Positions 20,004 to 31,600 of a stretch of 64,000 nt of DNA are shown here, piece by piece; the first letter of the stretch is position 1, and each line of letters begins with the position of its first letter. The notes under the pieces are model-generated. The model searched no databases and was not told the DNA's origin. It worked only from the letters and a program-made list of their open reading frames with translations. The position numbers and the translations under genes were made by a program. The stretch is from a virus (taxonomy: Duplodnaviria > Caudoviricetes), in IMG/VR virus record IMGVR_UViG_3300020450_000008; one strand, given 5' to 3'.

Positions 20004-20925
20004 AACTATGAAGAAGCGAATAATATTTTCAATGTATATTGATATTCCCGAAGACAAACTTGATGAAACAGGATATTCAAGAAGTGCTGCTGGTAATAGA
20101 CATCGAACTCCAAGAGCGGCGGAAACCAAAGACAAACTTAAAGCATTTAAAAATCATTTAATGTGGACACAAAAGGCTTATGCTGATCAGTGTGATGCTG
20201 ATTATATGCTTTTTGTTACTGATAAAATGTGGTTGGATTACTATATTAAATGTAGACAATATCATGATAAAATACCAATGTATCATATACTTAATTATTA
20301 TAAGCATCATTTGATGTATGTTTTAGCCGATGAATATGATGAAGTTTTTTATTGTGATATTGATATAATTCCTGTTACTAAAGAAAACATATTTGAAGTA
20401 CATGATATGTCTTACTTTTGGTCAAAAAATAATAATGAATTGGCTGAATATGGAAAAAATTGTGATCTTACAGAATATTTAAGTTGCGATAGAAATCCAG
20501 CAACTAAATATTGGAATGCATACGCATTACTTTTACAAGAAGGTTATGAACCTGAATGCGATGTAATTAATACTGGAACTATGATAGGTGGTAAACAAGT
20601 TATAAAAGAAGTCAACTGGCCAAATGAGCTTCCAGTTCTAATTGAAAAATTAAAATATTTACAAGAAGATAAAACCACTATGTTTCCAGATGCCTTACAT
20701 AGTAGATTTGCTTTTGATAATGAAACAATGTTTAGCTATCTTATTAAAGCAAAGGGTTTTAAATATGCATCTCTTACCGATGCATGGCATGGAAGATTGC
20801 CTGACAATGGAATAAATCCTGATCATAAAATTATTCATGCGATTAATAAGAAATTTGAATTTATTTGGCCAGATGCATATTCTGAATATGATGGTCGAAG
20901 CTTTGATGAAACCAGGCCATATTAA
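19993..20925 (+). CDS. Glycosyltransferase, GT-A fold (GT34/GT8-like); start may be the ATG at 20008
   Basis: YA..CDADY.LF; YK..L....YDEVFYCDIDI (DxD); INTG; DNETMFSY. Confidence 0.7.
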   Translation: MNGKTMKKRIIFSMYIDIPEDKLDETGYSRSAAGNRHRTPRAAETKDKLKAFKNHLMWTQKAYADQCDADYMLFVTDKMWLDYYIKCRQYHDKIPMYHILNYYKHHLMYVLADEYDEVFYCDIDIIPVTKENIFEVHDMSYFWSKNNNELAEYGKNCDLTEYLSCDRNPATKYWNAYALLLQEGYEPECDVINTGTMIGGKQVIKEVNWPNELPVLIEKLKYLQEDKTTMFPDALHSRFAFDNETMFSYLIKAKGFKYASLTDAWHGRLPDNGINPDHKIIHAINKKFEFIWPDAYSEYDGRSFDETRPY

Positions 20926-21593
20926 TGAAAGTATTTTGTTTAAGAATCGGGAACAAGTATGGACCCGAATATGAAAGATATATTGAAAAAAAGTTAGAAG
21001 ATTATGATTTAACTTGGGTTAGAGAGCCTCTTGATAAACGTGTCGCTTTACAATGGAATAAAATGTTTTTGATGGGTCTTGATATTGATGAGCCCATATG
21101 TGTAATTGACATTGATTTAATATTTCTCAATGACTATAAAAAGTTATTTGATTATCCAATACGCAGAGGTCAGTTTTTAACAATAAGAGCTTGGTGGGAT
21201 TCGTATCAAGATTTTAAAATCAATGGTGGTTTTTTTAAATATTACCCAAAAGACTGTAAATTTATGTTAGATAAGTTTATTAGCAATATTGAATATTGGC
21301 AAAGGATTTATATTACTAAAGGATTAACAACAGGTCCTGTGAATGGAGAACAATTTTTTGTAGAACAACATGCTGTTGAAGAACTCGACATACTTACATT
21401 TGATGATAGATGGGTAACCAACTGGAGTAATACTCCTGATTGGAATAATCAAGTTCATACTAAATATAAACAATATTATAATGAAACTTTAATTAGCGAT
21501 GATAAATTTAATGACCATATTAAATTAATACACTTTACAACTTCCAGAAACAAACCACATGAATGTGAACTGTTTAGCCACTTGTACACTTGA
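20925..21593 (+). CDS. Glycosyltransferase, GT-A fold, paralog 3
   Basis: FCLRIGNKYGPEY; WNK..L; CVIDIDL (DxD); INGGF; GEQ.F; IKLIHFT...KPH C-terminal motif typical of GT8-like enzymes. Confidence 0.75.
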   Translation: MKVFCLRIGNKYGPEYERYIEKKLEDYDLTWVREPLDKRVALQWNKMFLMGLDIDEPICVIDIDLIFLNDYKKLFDYPIRRGQFLTIRAWWDSYQDFKINGGFFKYYPKDCKFMLDKFISNIEYWQRIYITKGLTTGPVNGEQFFVEQHAVEELDILTFDDRWVTNWSNTPDWNNQVHTKYKQYYNETLISDDKFNDHIKLIHFTTSRNKPHECELFSHLYT

Positions 21594-21598
21594 ATCTG

Positions 21599-21606
21599 TA
21601 TAAATA
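21599..21606 (+). promoter_or_regulatory. T4-type late promoter followed by a leader hairpin (21615-21640)
   Basis: Exact TATAAATA intergenic; downstream GAGGTT-TAGA-AACCTC stem-loop, then AGGAG SD. Confidence 0.8.
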
Positions 21607-21668
21607 TAGTTAAATCTTGAGGTTTAGAAACCTCTTGAGAAGACTCATACAGCTAGGAGTAAAAATAA

Positions 21669-21875
21669 ATGGCACAACAGATTATAAACATTGGTGCAAT
21701 TGCCAATGATGGAACAGGTGATGATCTTAGAACTGCTGGTAACAAGATCAATCAAAACTTCACTGAACTATATTTAAAAGATTCTGATGGCATTATTGAC
21801 AAAGCCGAACTGCAAGCAGCAATGAATGCTTCAGATAGTTTTGGCTCCTTTAAGTCCGCAATACTTGCACTTTAA
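21669..21875 (+). CDS. Mini-protein consisting of a T4 gp9/gp10-type N-terminal module
   Basis: INIG..ANDGTGD.LR.AG.KIN.NF.ELY is the gp9/gp10 N-terminal motif; only 68 aa; strong SD. Confidence 0.8.
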   Translation: MAQQIINIGAIANDGTGDDLRTAGNKINQNFTELYLKDSDGIIDKAELQAAMNASDSFGSFKSAILAL

Positions 21876-21884
21876 GGAGATGAT

Positions 21885-22274
21885 ATGGCACAATATGAAG
21901 ATTTAATAGTAGACCAAGGCAGTGATGTAGAGATAAAACTCGAACTATTCAATCCTGATGGTTCTAGAAAAATCCTCAACAAATATAATCAAGCAACAAA
22001 TACTCTTATTCCACTTTTTTCTGCAAATGGCAAGATAAAAAAATCTTTCAATTCAAAAGATTCTGATACAACTTCTTTTGGAACGACAACAATATCTCCG
22101 ACTAATGAAGAAAATTGCGTATTTTTGAGTCTCTCAAATACAACAACTGACGCTATGAAAGCAGGTAGATACGTTTATGATGTTGAAATATCTGCAACTG
22201 ATAGTTTCGGAGTAACGACTATAGAAAGAATTTTGGAAGGAAAACTAACGGTTTCACCTTCTGTAACGAAGTAG
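21885..22274 (+). CDS. Conserved hypothetical virion protein (Ig-like/BppU-like)
   Basis: L.VDQG.D...; LSL....T..MKAGRYVYDVEI......RILEG...VSP.VT; AAGGAG SD. Confidence 0.7.
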   Translation: MAQYEDLIVDQGSDVEIKLELFNPDGSRKILNKYNQATNTLIPLFSANGKIKKSFNSKDSDTTSFGTTTISPTNEENCVFLSLSNTTTDAMKAGRYVYDVEISATDSFGVTTIERILEGKLTVSPSVTK

Positions 22275-22283
22275 GAAACGCTT

Positions 22284-22571
22284 ATGGCGGAAATTAAAGT
22301 AGTCTCTGGAAAGACAATTATCAAAAAGATAACTGTTGGTGTTCCAGTAAGAGCTGTTAAAGCCTTTGATGTTAAAACAACGGTAGGTCAATTGACCGAT
22401 GTTGTTGTAGCTGGTGGCAAATACAGAGATGGCTACCTTTTAGTTTTTGATAGTAGTAGAGCACAGTGGACAGCTAAAGGCGTTTTAAATAGACAAAGAA
22501 TAGATGGTGGAGATACCTTTGCAATGGATTCTTTACCTCCATCACCAGATCAATATTTTCCGTTAAGTTAG
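22284..22571 (+). CDS. Hypothetical structural protein
   Basis: IKKITVGVP; L.DV.......G.LLVFD.....W...IDGG, typical of fibre-associated small proteins. Confidence 0.6.
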   Translation: MAEIKVVSGKTIIKKITVGVPVRAVKAFDVKTTVGQLTDVVVAGGKYRDGYLLVFDSSRAQWTAKGVLNRQRIDGGDTFAMDSLPPSPDQYFPLS

Positions 22572-22579
22572 GAATGTAA

Positions 22580-25500
22580 ATGCCGTCATTAATTCAGATA
22601 AAAAGATCAGCCACCGAGCTCAAACCCGATAAGTTAAGGGTTGGTGAACTTGCCTACTCATATGCTGATAGTTCATTAAAACTATTCATAGGTGTTGGAA
22701 ATGCTGATTCATTTCAAATGGCAGACAGCATTCAGGTTATTGGTGGTAGATTTTACACAAATTTATTAGATGTTGATAGTGCTGGTGTATCTGATCCTGG
22801 TAAATATTTACTATTAGGAGATTCAAGAAATACAGACTTTTTAAAACTTGATTCGGCTAGTATCAATGTATTAAGAACTATAGACAATTTAGTAGTTCCT
22901 GTTGGAACTGATTCTCAAAGACCTTCACCCTTTGCCGTAGGTCAAATAAGATTTAATGTTTCAACTACTCAATTTGAAGGTTATGATGGAAATGCTTGGG
23001 GATCTTTAGGTGGAATAAAAGATATTGACCAAGATACCTTTATAAGTGCAGAAACAAGTCCAAATGCCGACAATGATGATTTAAGATTTTTTACTGCTGG
23101 TACTGGTCGATTAGAAATTGATCAATCAGGAGAGATTGTTGCTGCTGCTGGGTATAGTCCTGATAGTACTCAATCTCTTACAACAAAAGTATATGTTGAT
23201 AACGTTAAAGCAGGTAATCCTTTAGATGGAGATTGGTCAGATGGCGCATACAGATTTTTTAAAGATAGTGACAGAGTTACAGACGTTTTAGATGGTTTGA
23301 ACGAAGCTCTTAACAATGTGAGAAATAATACTTTTGTAAGAGCTTTATCATTTGTTGCTAATCCATTGCAAGGTGGTGCAGGATTTACAACTACGCTTAC
23401 TATTACTAATGATGGTAATCCAAATAGATTTGATATAGACTGGGGTGATGGAAGTGTAGATTCTGGAGTTGCAACTACTACGCCAACACATGTATATACT
23501 GATCCACTTTCAAGTCCAGCTTCAATTGCTATAAGAGCATACAATACAAATGCAAGTGGTGTTGGAAATGAAGCACATAAAACAAATGAAAACTATGTTA
23601 CAATATTTACGGCCGATCCAGTTTCTGATTATGAATTATTCAGAGCACCAACTGGTGGTGTTGCGTTAACTGGCAATGACCTGTATGTTATTGAAGGTCA
23701 ACCACTTTACCTAGACAATGAAACAACATTTACACAAGTTGCTAACAAAGCTGGATTAGCCTTTGTTACATACAATATTGACTGGGGTGATGGTACTGCT
23801 GCTCAAACTATTGCAAGTGATTCAGATGCTGGAGGTGTGATTGGTACGCGATTATCTCATACATGGGGAGCTGGAACAAACACAGGAACTGGTAGAGATA
23901 ATGTTATTTTAACTCTTGCATCTCATACAACTGCTGATCCAGCAACTATTCCAAATACAAATACAAAACAATTAAAAGTTTATGATCCCAATATATCAGC
24001 TCCAAATGGACTAAACACTAAAACTATTTCATTTGTTGGTAATACAGGAATTGATCCTAGACTTCCTGCAGGATTTACTAATAGAATAGGTGGTGGGGCT
24101 ATAACAACTGTAGGTTCTGCAGTTAATAGAACAACCTCTACATCAGGTACTGTCGACACTAGTATTATTTCAAGTTTTGCATTTTCAGCAAACTCCGGAG
24201 TTTTATCAGCCCAAGTTAATAATGTTGCTAATGGTCAGGTAACAATGGACACAACAAGTAAAAATGGATCATACACAAGTTTAAATGTTACAGATCATAG
24301 TGATTATAATCTTCTAAACGCTGGTGGTACAACAATTCCATTTGCTTCAACAATATATCACCCAGGACTTTATTTTGGATTTAAAGCGAGAATTCAAAAA
24401 ACTGCATCAGCAATAAACACTGGTTTAAATAGTTTTGCACTAAATCATACAACAACTGGTTCAACAAATATAGTAGAGTTTGTAAAAGATGATTTAACAG
24501 CTACACCAACAACAAGTGCTGGAACATTAACACAAAATGTAGCTGGTACTTTTAGATATGTAAGTGGAATTCCTTACTATAACACTGGATCTCCAAGTTT
24601 AACATTAAGTGGCGTGCAAATTTCAAACTGGATAGGAAAGGCTTATCGTGGCACTGCACAACCTGTACAAATTCGAAGTGGAACAAATTATGAAAATACT
24701 TCACAATCAGCAATAGTATCAAATCTAAATTATACTTATGCGCAAGTTGATGGATCAACGACATATTTGACTGGAGGAATACCACAAGAAGATACAGGAA
24801 ATGGTGTGGCGTATTCAATTGGTAATTTAACGATTCCAATAACTTCAAATAGTGTACGAACAGTCGAAGATCTTAGAATTAGAACTTTAAACGTGAATGG
24901 AACAGGTTCATACACAAACATAACAGCAACAAAAGTTCAAGTACATACAGCGTCTCAGTCTGGAGTAAATGAAATTAATACTTCTGTAAATGTTGGTGGA
25001 ACATATTCAGATGGTGGAGTTAGAGTATTTGACTTTAACGGAGCAACTATAAATACTCCTAGTTATAGTGGTTCAACTAATTTTTATACAAATAGTCCAT
25101 ATACTGAAGCTACTGATCCAGGAGTTGTAGGAACAAAAGAAGCAACAGTAAGACTAGGAATACTAAAACATGATGTAACTAATTATAGCTCTGGATTTCT
25201 TCCAGTAGGACCAAATAGATCTGGCGATACTGGAAATCAATATTTTACTATGGCATTTCGTAGAACTGCAGTTGCGAACATTGGAATAAACATAACAAGT
25301 GCTACTGGTGTTGTAGGAGTATTTTTAGCCGCACCAGGAACATCAATTGATAACACGAGCACTTTAAACGGTTGGCTTGATTGTTCGGTACAATTTGCAG
25401 GATCTGGAGTTCCAGGAGCAAATATTGGACAAGGTGGAAATGGAAGTAATGGAAGTGCAAGTACTGGAGGTGATAGAATACAGTCAGGAGTTGGATTAAG

Positions 25501-25618
25501 TGGAACATATACGCAAACACTTGGTACTGAAAACTTGACAAATGCGACAGGTAATGTTTGTTTGATAAGAATAGTTTTAAGTTCGGGGCAGTCAGTAACT
25601 GCTTTGAGTATTACATAA
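22580..25618 (+). CDS. Fibre/baseplate protein with Mtd_N-like N-terminus and two PKD-like domains
   Basis: IQIKRS......L..GELAYS....KLFIG; GQIRFN.....FEGYDG.AWGSLGG; two IDWGDG PKD motifs; Thr/Gly-rich beta C-terminal region. Confidence 0.75.
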   Translation: MPSLIQIKRSATELKPDKLRVGELAYSYADSSLKLFIGVGNADSFQMADSIQVIGGRFYTNLLDVDSAGVSDPGKYLLLGDSRNTDFLKLDSASINVLRTIDNLVVPVGTDSQRPSPFAVGQIRFNVSTTQFEGYDGNAWGSLGGIKDIDQDTFISAETSPNADNDDLRFFTAGTGRLEIDQSGEIVAAAGYSPDSTQSLTTKVYVDNVKAGNPLDGDWSDGAYRFFKDSDRVTDVLDGLNEALNNVRNNTFVRALSFVANPLQGGAGFTTTLTITNDGNPNRFDIDWGDGSVDSGVATTTPTHVYTDPLSSPASIAIRAYNTNASGVGNEAHKTNENYVTIFTADPVSDYELFRAPTGGVALTGNDLYVIEGQPLYLDNETTFTQVANKAGLAFVTYNIDWGDGTAAQTIASDSDAGGVIGTRLSHTWGAGTNTGTGRDNVILTLASHTTADPATIPNTNTKQLKVYDPNISAPNGLNTKTISFVGNTGIDPRLPAGFTNRIGGGAITTVGSAVNRTTSTSGTVDTSIISSFAFSANSGVLSAQVNNVANGQVTMDTTSKNGSYTSLNVTDHSDYNLLNAGGTTIPFASTIYHPGLYFGFKARIQKTASAINTGLNSFALNHTTTGSTNIVEFVKDDLTATPTTSAGTLTQNVAGTFRYVSGIPYYNTGSPSLTLSGVQISNWIGKAYRGTAQPVQIRSGTNYENTSQSAIVSNLNYTYAQVDGSTTYLTGGIPQEDTGNGVAYSIGNLTIPITSNSVRTVEDLRIRTLNVNGTGSYTNITATKVQVHTASQSGVNEINTSVNVGGTYSDGGVRVFDFNGATINTPSYSGSTNFYTNSPYTEATDPGVVGTKEATVRLGILKHDVTNYSSGFLPVGPNRSGDTGNQYFTMAFRRTAVANIGINITSATGVVGVFLAAPGTSIDNTSTLNGWLDCSVQFAGSGVPGANIGQGGNGSNGSASTGGDRIQSGVGLSGTYTQTLGTENLTNATGNVCLIRIVLSSGQSVTALSIT

Positions 25619-25627
25619 GGATAAGAA

Positions 25628-28600
25628 ATGGCAATTTCTACTGATCAAAAGTTAGACTTTTTATGGAAGAAACTCGGTTATGGTAAAACTAAAACCGATA
25701 TTAATTCTATTAAAGCAGCCACAAACGAAGCGATTCCAAGTCCGCTTCTCCTTACTGGTACCGACTTATGGACTGATGCTTATCAAATACCTGGAACAAA
25801 ACCATCTGCTGATACCACTGTAATAGGTCTATATCAGGACGCAGCTGGAGGTGCAAGTAGTGTAGAATGTATCGCTGATGGTACAGCATCGGCTAATCGA
25901 ACTTGGAAAACAAATCTTACTAATTGGATCCCACCTCAGTTTGGCTCAACTTATGGAATTAAAGTTTATTTAGATAACGCTAGTCAAGCTAATCCACAAA
26001 GTACAGGTACAGAATTATTTGCCGCTGGTTCTGGAAATAATGATGAATGGTTTTTTGATTATGCATCTGGTGTTCTTAATTTTATTGGAACAAATCTTCC
26101 AAGCGGTATAGCAGGAAAAAAGATATATATCGTTGGTGCTCGATATATAGGTAAGCTTGGAAATAGATTTACAGCTCTTTATGTTGATTCAGCGGAAATA
26201 AATCATCTTATAGTTGATTCATCAGAAGTTACTTTAACTAATATTATAGAAGCATATATCGATTCTGCGGATATAATGCATGCAATCATAGATTCTGCCG
26301 ATATAACACTTGGTAAGATAGGAACAGCAACATTAACGAACATGACTGCAGATTCTGCTCATGTTAAAACTTTAAGTGCTGATACAATTTACACACCACA
26401 ACTTGATGTTAACATAGTTGTTGCTAATCAGTTACAAGGACCTGCAGAATTAATTATTGATCCTGCAGCTACGGGTGATAATACTGGAAATGTTAAGATA
26501 CTTGGTGGACTTCAAGTTGAAGGGACTACAACCACCGTTAACTCAACAACAGTAAGTTTAAACGATAAGAATTTAGTATTAGCAGACTCTGCTCCAAATC
26601 CTGCCGCTGCTGATGGAGGCGGTATAACTGTAGGTGGTGCAAATGCAACTCTTGAATATAAAGTACTAGGTGATAAATGGGAAGTTAATAAACCATTTCA
26701 TGCTCCTGAATTACATGCTGATTCTGGAGAAATAGTTTCACTTACAGCGACTTCAGGTACAATAGGATCTGTAACTATTGATAGCGCTACTATAAGTCAA
26801 ATTAGTGGTGATTCTGCTCATATTAAATTTATTAAATCAGACTCAGCAGATATAATATTTGGAAAATTTGACTCAGCTAAAATTGATTTTGCAGAAGTAG
26901 ATTTTATTGATGCAAGTTATGGTAATGTTGATTCAGTTGATATTGGTACAGCTAGAATTAATAGTTTACAATTAGCTGGTCAAATACCAAATAGGTTTAT
27001 GGTAAGTGACAGTCTTGGAAACATGACTACTGTGACGGATGCTCAGTTTGGTCCATCTCTTGTCAATCTGTATCAAGGTGCTTTTCAAGTTCAATCTAAT
27101 GGTAATGTTGGAATAGGTAATCAACTAACAGTTGGTGGTGTTACAGTTGAAAGAACTGGAATGACTATTCCACATTTAACAACTGATAAAGTTGTAATAA
27201 CATCATTATCTGATCAACATATTCCTTTTGTTTCAAATAATGATTCTTTAGCACAAAGTGTTAACTTTCAATTTGGTTCAAAATCATCGCAATATGCTCC
27301 AGGAACTTTTGATGGTTTATTAATAGGTTGGAATCCTCTTCAAGACTCTGGTACTTATCGATTTAATGTTGATCAGACTTCAGGTAAAGTAACATCATAT
27401 GGTGGTGCAAAACTTGGTAGACACAACAGAATGGCAGTTGGCCAGTACATTCAGAATTTTCCACAAGGTGATCCTAATTCGTTTAATAGAGATTTCTTTG
27501 GATTAGAAATTTCAAATGATTCTGGTAACTTAATATCAACTGCTTACAAAAATATATTTAAATCACCCATGCCAACTGAAATTACTGGAACGGGACCTGA
27601 TAGCGCGTATGTTTTTGAAATTAGATCTTTTCCAGATCCAGGTTATGAGGACAGTACTCTTTTTGCTGTACGAAGAGATGGATCTATTGCCATCAGAGGA
27701 AATCTTTTAAAAGGCGACAATATAACTGGCTTTTCTGCTGGTGGGATATTTAATCAAAATGAATCAAGTAGAGATGCATTTTATTTTAATGATCCAGCTG
27801 AATATGGACCAACAGGTAGCAAAAGTATAAATCATTATACTTTTGGAAGAGTTGGTCTAGGAACTAAAACTCCACTATATTCTTTTAGCACTGAAGGCAA
27901 CTTTGCATCTAGAGGCGAAATAGACTCTAATAAACTAGAACATTTATTATATAGACCAAAATATTATGGTTATACTGATGATAGTTCTAGAGCTAGATTA
28001 GCATTCATTCCAAGTAAGGCAATGACACGTGGTGGATTCTTTAAGGATAGTAGTTTTAATTCAAATGTAATGGGAATGTTCTCAACAGCGTTTGGTGCTG
28101 AAACAATAGCAACAGGCGTAGGTACATTTGCCGCTGGTTGGGCATCAAAGGCTTTAGGTGATCATGCAATTGCAATAGGCCACAATAATACAACTGGAAA
28201 TACTGGAAACAAAGCTGGAGTTGCAATTGGTGTATTCAACCAGTTTGATTCAAGTTTTGGTCAGGCAGATCATTCAATTGCTATTGGTTTAGAAAATAGA
28301 GTTCGTGGTGATTTTGCTACTGCAATAGGAGAAAGAAATACAGTTGCAGGAAATAATGCTGGTATATTTGGATCTAAAAACTCTATTGGACTTTATGCAG
28401 ATGGAACTTCAGGCACCGTTAATGGAGCAAATTCATACGCCATTGGTAATAATAATGAAATTGGAAAAGCTGTAAGTGCATTACAGTTTGGTACTAATAA
28501 TATTACATCGACTGGTGCATCAACTTCTATTGCTATTGGTTTTAATCATAAAGTAAGAAATCAGCAAGCAATAGCAATAGGTACAAATAATATTATTAAT

Positions 28601-31600
28601 CCTAGAGGCGGTGTTGCAATAGGTCAAAGTATTGAGCTGGATTCAACTGCTGAGTATAGTTTTGCAGTAGGATTGGATGCTGGAGGTACCACAAGAAGAA
28701 CAATTGCTCCTAATATTATGTCAATTAGAGGTGGTAACCTAAATATCGGTGGTGATTCTGATCACTTTACATCTCAGGCTTATAATGCTGAAGGAAACCT
28801 CTATGTAGCTGGAACACTTATAGTTGAAGGCGAAATTCAGCAGGTTGTTGGCGCTGGATTTAGTTCAGCTTCTCCATGGACAGATGGAGGACAATATGTT
28901 ACTTCACAACTACCAGATGGTAGACAGTACGCGGTAGAAAAAGCTGCAGCTCATCAAGATTTTGATATATTAGGTCCTGATGGATTTATTATTGAAGGTA
29001 CTCAAAGAGCTATAACAAGAATAGATCCTAATTTAGCAGGTAGAGTTTTAGATGATGGAGAAGTCAGACATTCTCCTGCTACAGGTGGAGATTCAAACTA
29101 TCCATTTGATAGTGCATTTTTTAATCCTGTATCTACTCACAGAAGTATAATGAGTTATGTTCCAAAGGCTCAAGTATTGAGAATTGGAAACTTTACAAAT
29201 AATGATTATCTCACCAATGCAAAAATTGGTTACGCATCTACAGCAATTGGTCAAGATAACAGAGTTGCTGGTCTATACAGCATGGCATTTGGTAAAGATA
29301 ATGATCTTAGAAGACTTGACTCATCTCAATACTTGGGACAAGATGGTAGCTACTTTAGAGTTTTTGGTGATGAGAATATTGGAGAAAGCAATGCGCACCA
29401 CAATATAATAATTGGTAGTTCCAATAGAATAAAAGGAACAACTAATAACGCTTTTATTATTGGTAGAAATAACGAAGTATCACTTGCTGACAGCACTATG
29501 ATAATCTTAAGACAGGGTACTCATGTTGGTGACAGTTCACTTAATGGTACAAGAGTATTAATAGGAAAAGACGAAAGACTTATAGGTAATCCAGCTGCTG
29601 GCGGGGGAAGAACTGATAGCGCGTTTGCTCTTGACGTAAGAGGTGATATACATCTTGATAGTCCTGGGACAATATACTTTGGAAGCAGAAATATCAGACA
29701 ATATCTTGGATTTGGTGAGGAAGAGACAAAGACCACTACACCTACAACAAATCCACAAAATACTACATCCACTGGATTTATATCTAGAATCCAATCAATA
29801 AGCCAAAAACTTAAAATTACTACAACATCCAATCATGGCTTCACTCAAGGTGGTAACCTTGCTATTAATCTCTTAGGTGTTCCATCTTCTGGAACTAACT
29901 ATATTTCAAATATAAGTCCACCTAATTATTATTTTCCAGTTATTCTTGACGCTACTTCATTTAATTTAAGACATGATTCTCCAACTGGTCCTTTCTTAGA
30001 CTATGATAACGCTGGTGCTGAAAATAGCATTACCAGATATACAACAGCAACACTAGTTGGTGATGATGCTCAAATTGATTATACTGGGACGCAACTAAGA
30101 GAATTGTATTGGGAACCGGCAGCTATTTTACCTGCTGATCTAGATGTAGCAGGTGACTTAAGAGTTGCTGGTACAGGTCCAGGTGGTACACTTGGATTGG
30201 TTGCAGATTCGGCTGGAGTAAAATTTACTGCTAATGCTTTATCTCCTTCTACTGCAACGTATGAATATGAGATGCGTATTGATGGTTTAAAACTTAATGG
30301 TGTTGGTGTAGATAGTCACGTTGTTTTAAGATCAGGTGGATTATTCAATAGTGAAGTTCAAAACATCATTGATTCAGCATATGTACAATTAAGAGCAAGT
30401 AATGATGAGTTTTGGGTAAATGCGGCTAACTCTCTTTATTATGACCCAGCAACTACTGTAAAACCTGTACAAATAGGTCTTAATGATAATGATACCACAG
30501 CCTCAGAAAAATCTAAATATTCTTTACATATTAAGCCAAGAACAACTACTGGTGCCATTAACATAAAAACAAATGGTGCTGGTATACAGTCAAATCAAAG
30601 CCCCATTGATATAGATGGAAGCCCATGGCCGACCAAAGCTTACCTAACACAAAGTGGTTTGATAGATGCCACTTATGTTAATAGTGTTGTCAGTGTAAGC
30701 GCTTCAACAATACAAAACTTTATTGATAATAGCTATGTTAAGAGTATTGCAGATAGTGCTTATATTATTAGTATTGCTTCTGAAATAGCTAATGATAGTT
30801 CTACATGGCAAAGAAATGGTGATACATTATTCTTTGGAACCTATCCAAATGTTGCTAATGTTAATGTTGGAATTGGTATTGAAGATCCTAGAGCAAAATT
30901 TGAAGTTGATGGATCGGTAAGATTTGGAACTAGAACAGGATTTCCAAATTATATAAGTCCTAACATAGCAGTAGACTCCGCTAGATTTGGTGGAAAGTTA
31001 GTAGTAAAAGGTGAAACCGTAACACAAGATCAGGCTTTCGAATTTCATTTTGACTCATCTCATTTACTAGTTGATCAAGGTGGAGCAAACAACAAGACAT
31101 TCTCAGGTGATGCGCCTGGAGCTTCTACAGATGTTACAAGATTAATACTTAACAATCCTTTAGACTCTGGCTATTTTGAAGTTAATCTTGGTGGTGTTAC
31201 TGATGGAAGAGATGGATTTCTTAGAGTATTTAAACAAAATCAAGATCCTGGTGGAAGCATTGATGATTCAAGCACTGAATTACGTCAAGGTCATTATGTA
31301 GATCTCGCGACAAAATACAGAGGCGATTGGTACTTTAAGCCAATAAGTGCAACAGAAGTAAGTACACAATACATTTTAGTTAGAGAAGGTGCTTTTGCTA
31401 CTTCAAATCTTGTAGAAAATCCTCCAGGTACTGGTGCTAGATTTGGAGTTCTAGATCATAGTCTTGTTGTAAAAGACAGATTTGCGCCAACATCTATAAC
31501 ATTCTCTGGTAATGATATGGATGATAGTGCATTGATTTATAATACCACACACAGTACAATATCTCTACACGATAGTACGCTTCAAACTTTTGAAGGTGCA

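Noticed and set aside
16548-21593. GTs as T4-style DNA (hmC) glucosyltransferases
   Set aside because: They show GT-A DxD motifs rather than the GT-B fold of T4 AGT/BGT, lie in a late structural context, and no hmC-synthesis genes are in this window. Not fully excluded without the rest of the genome
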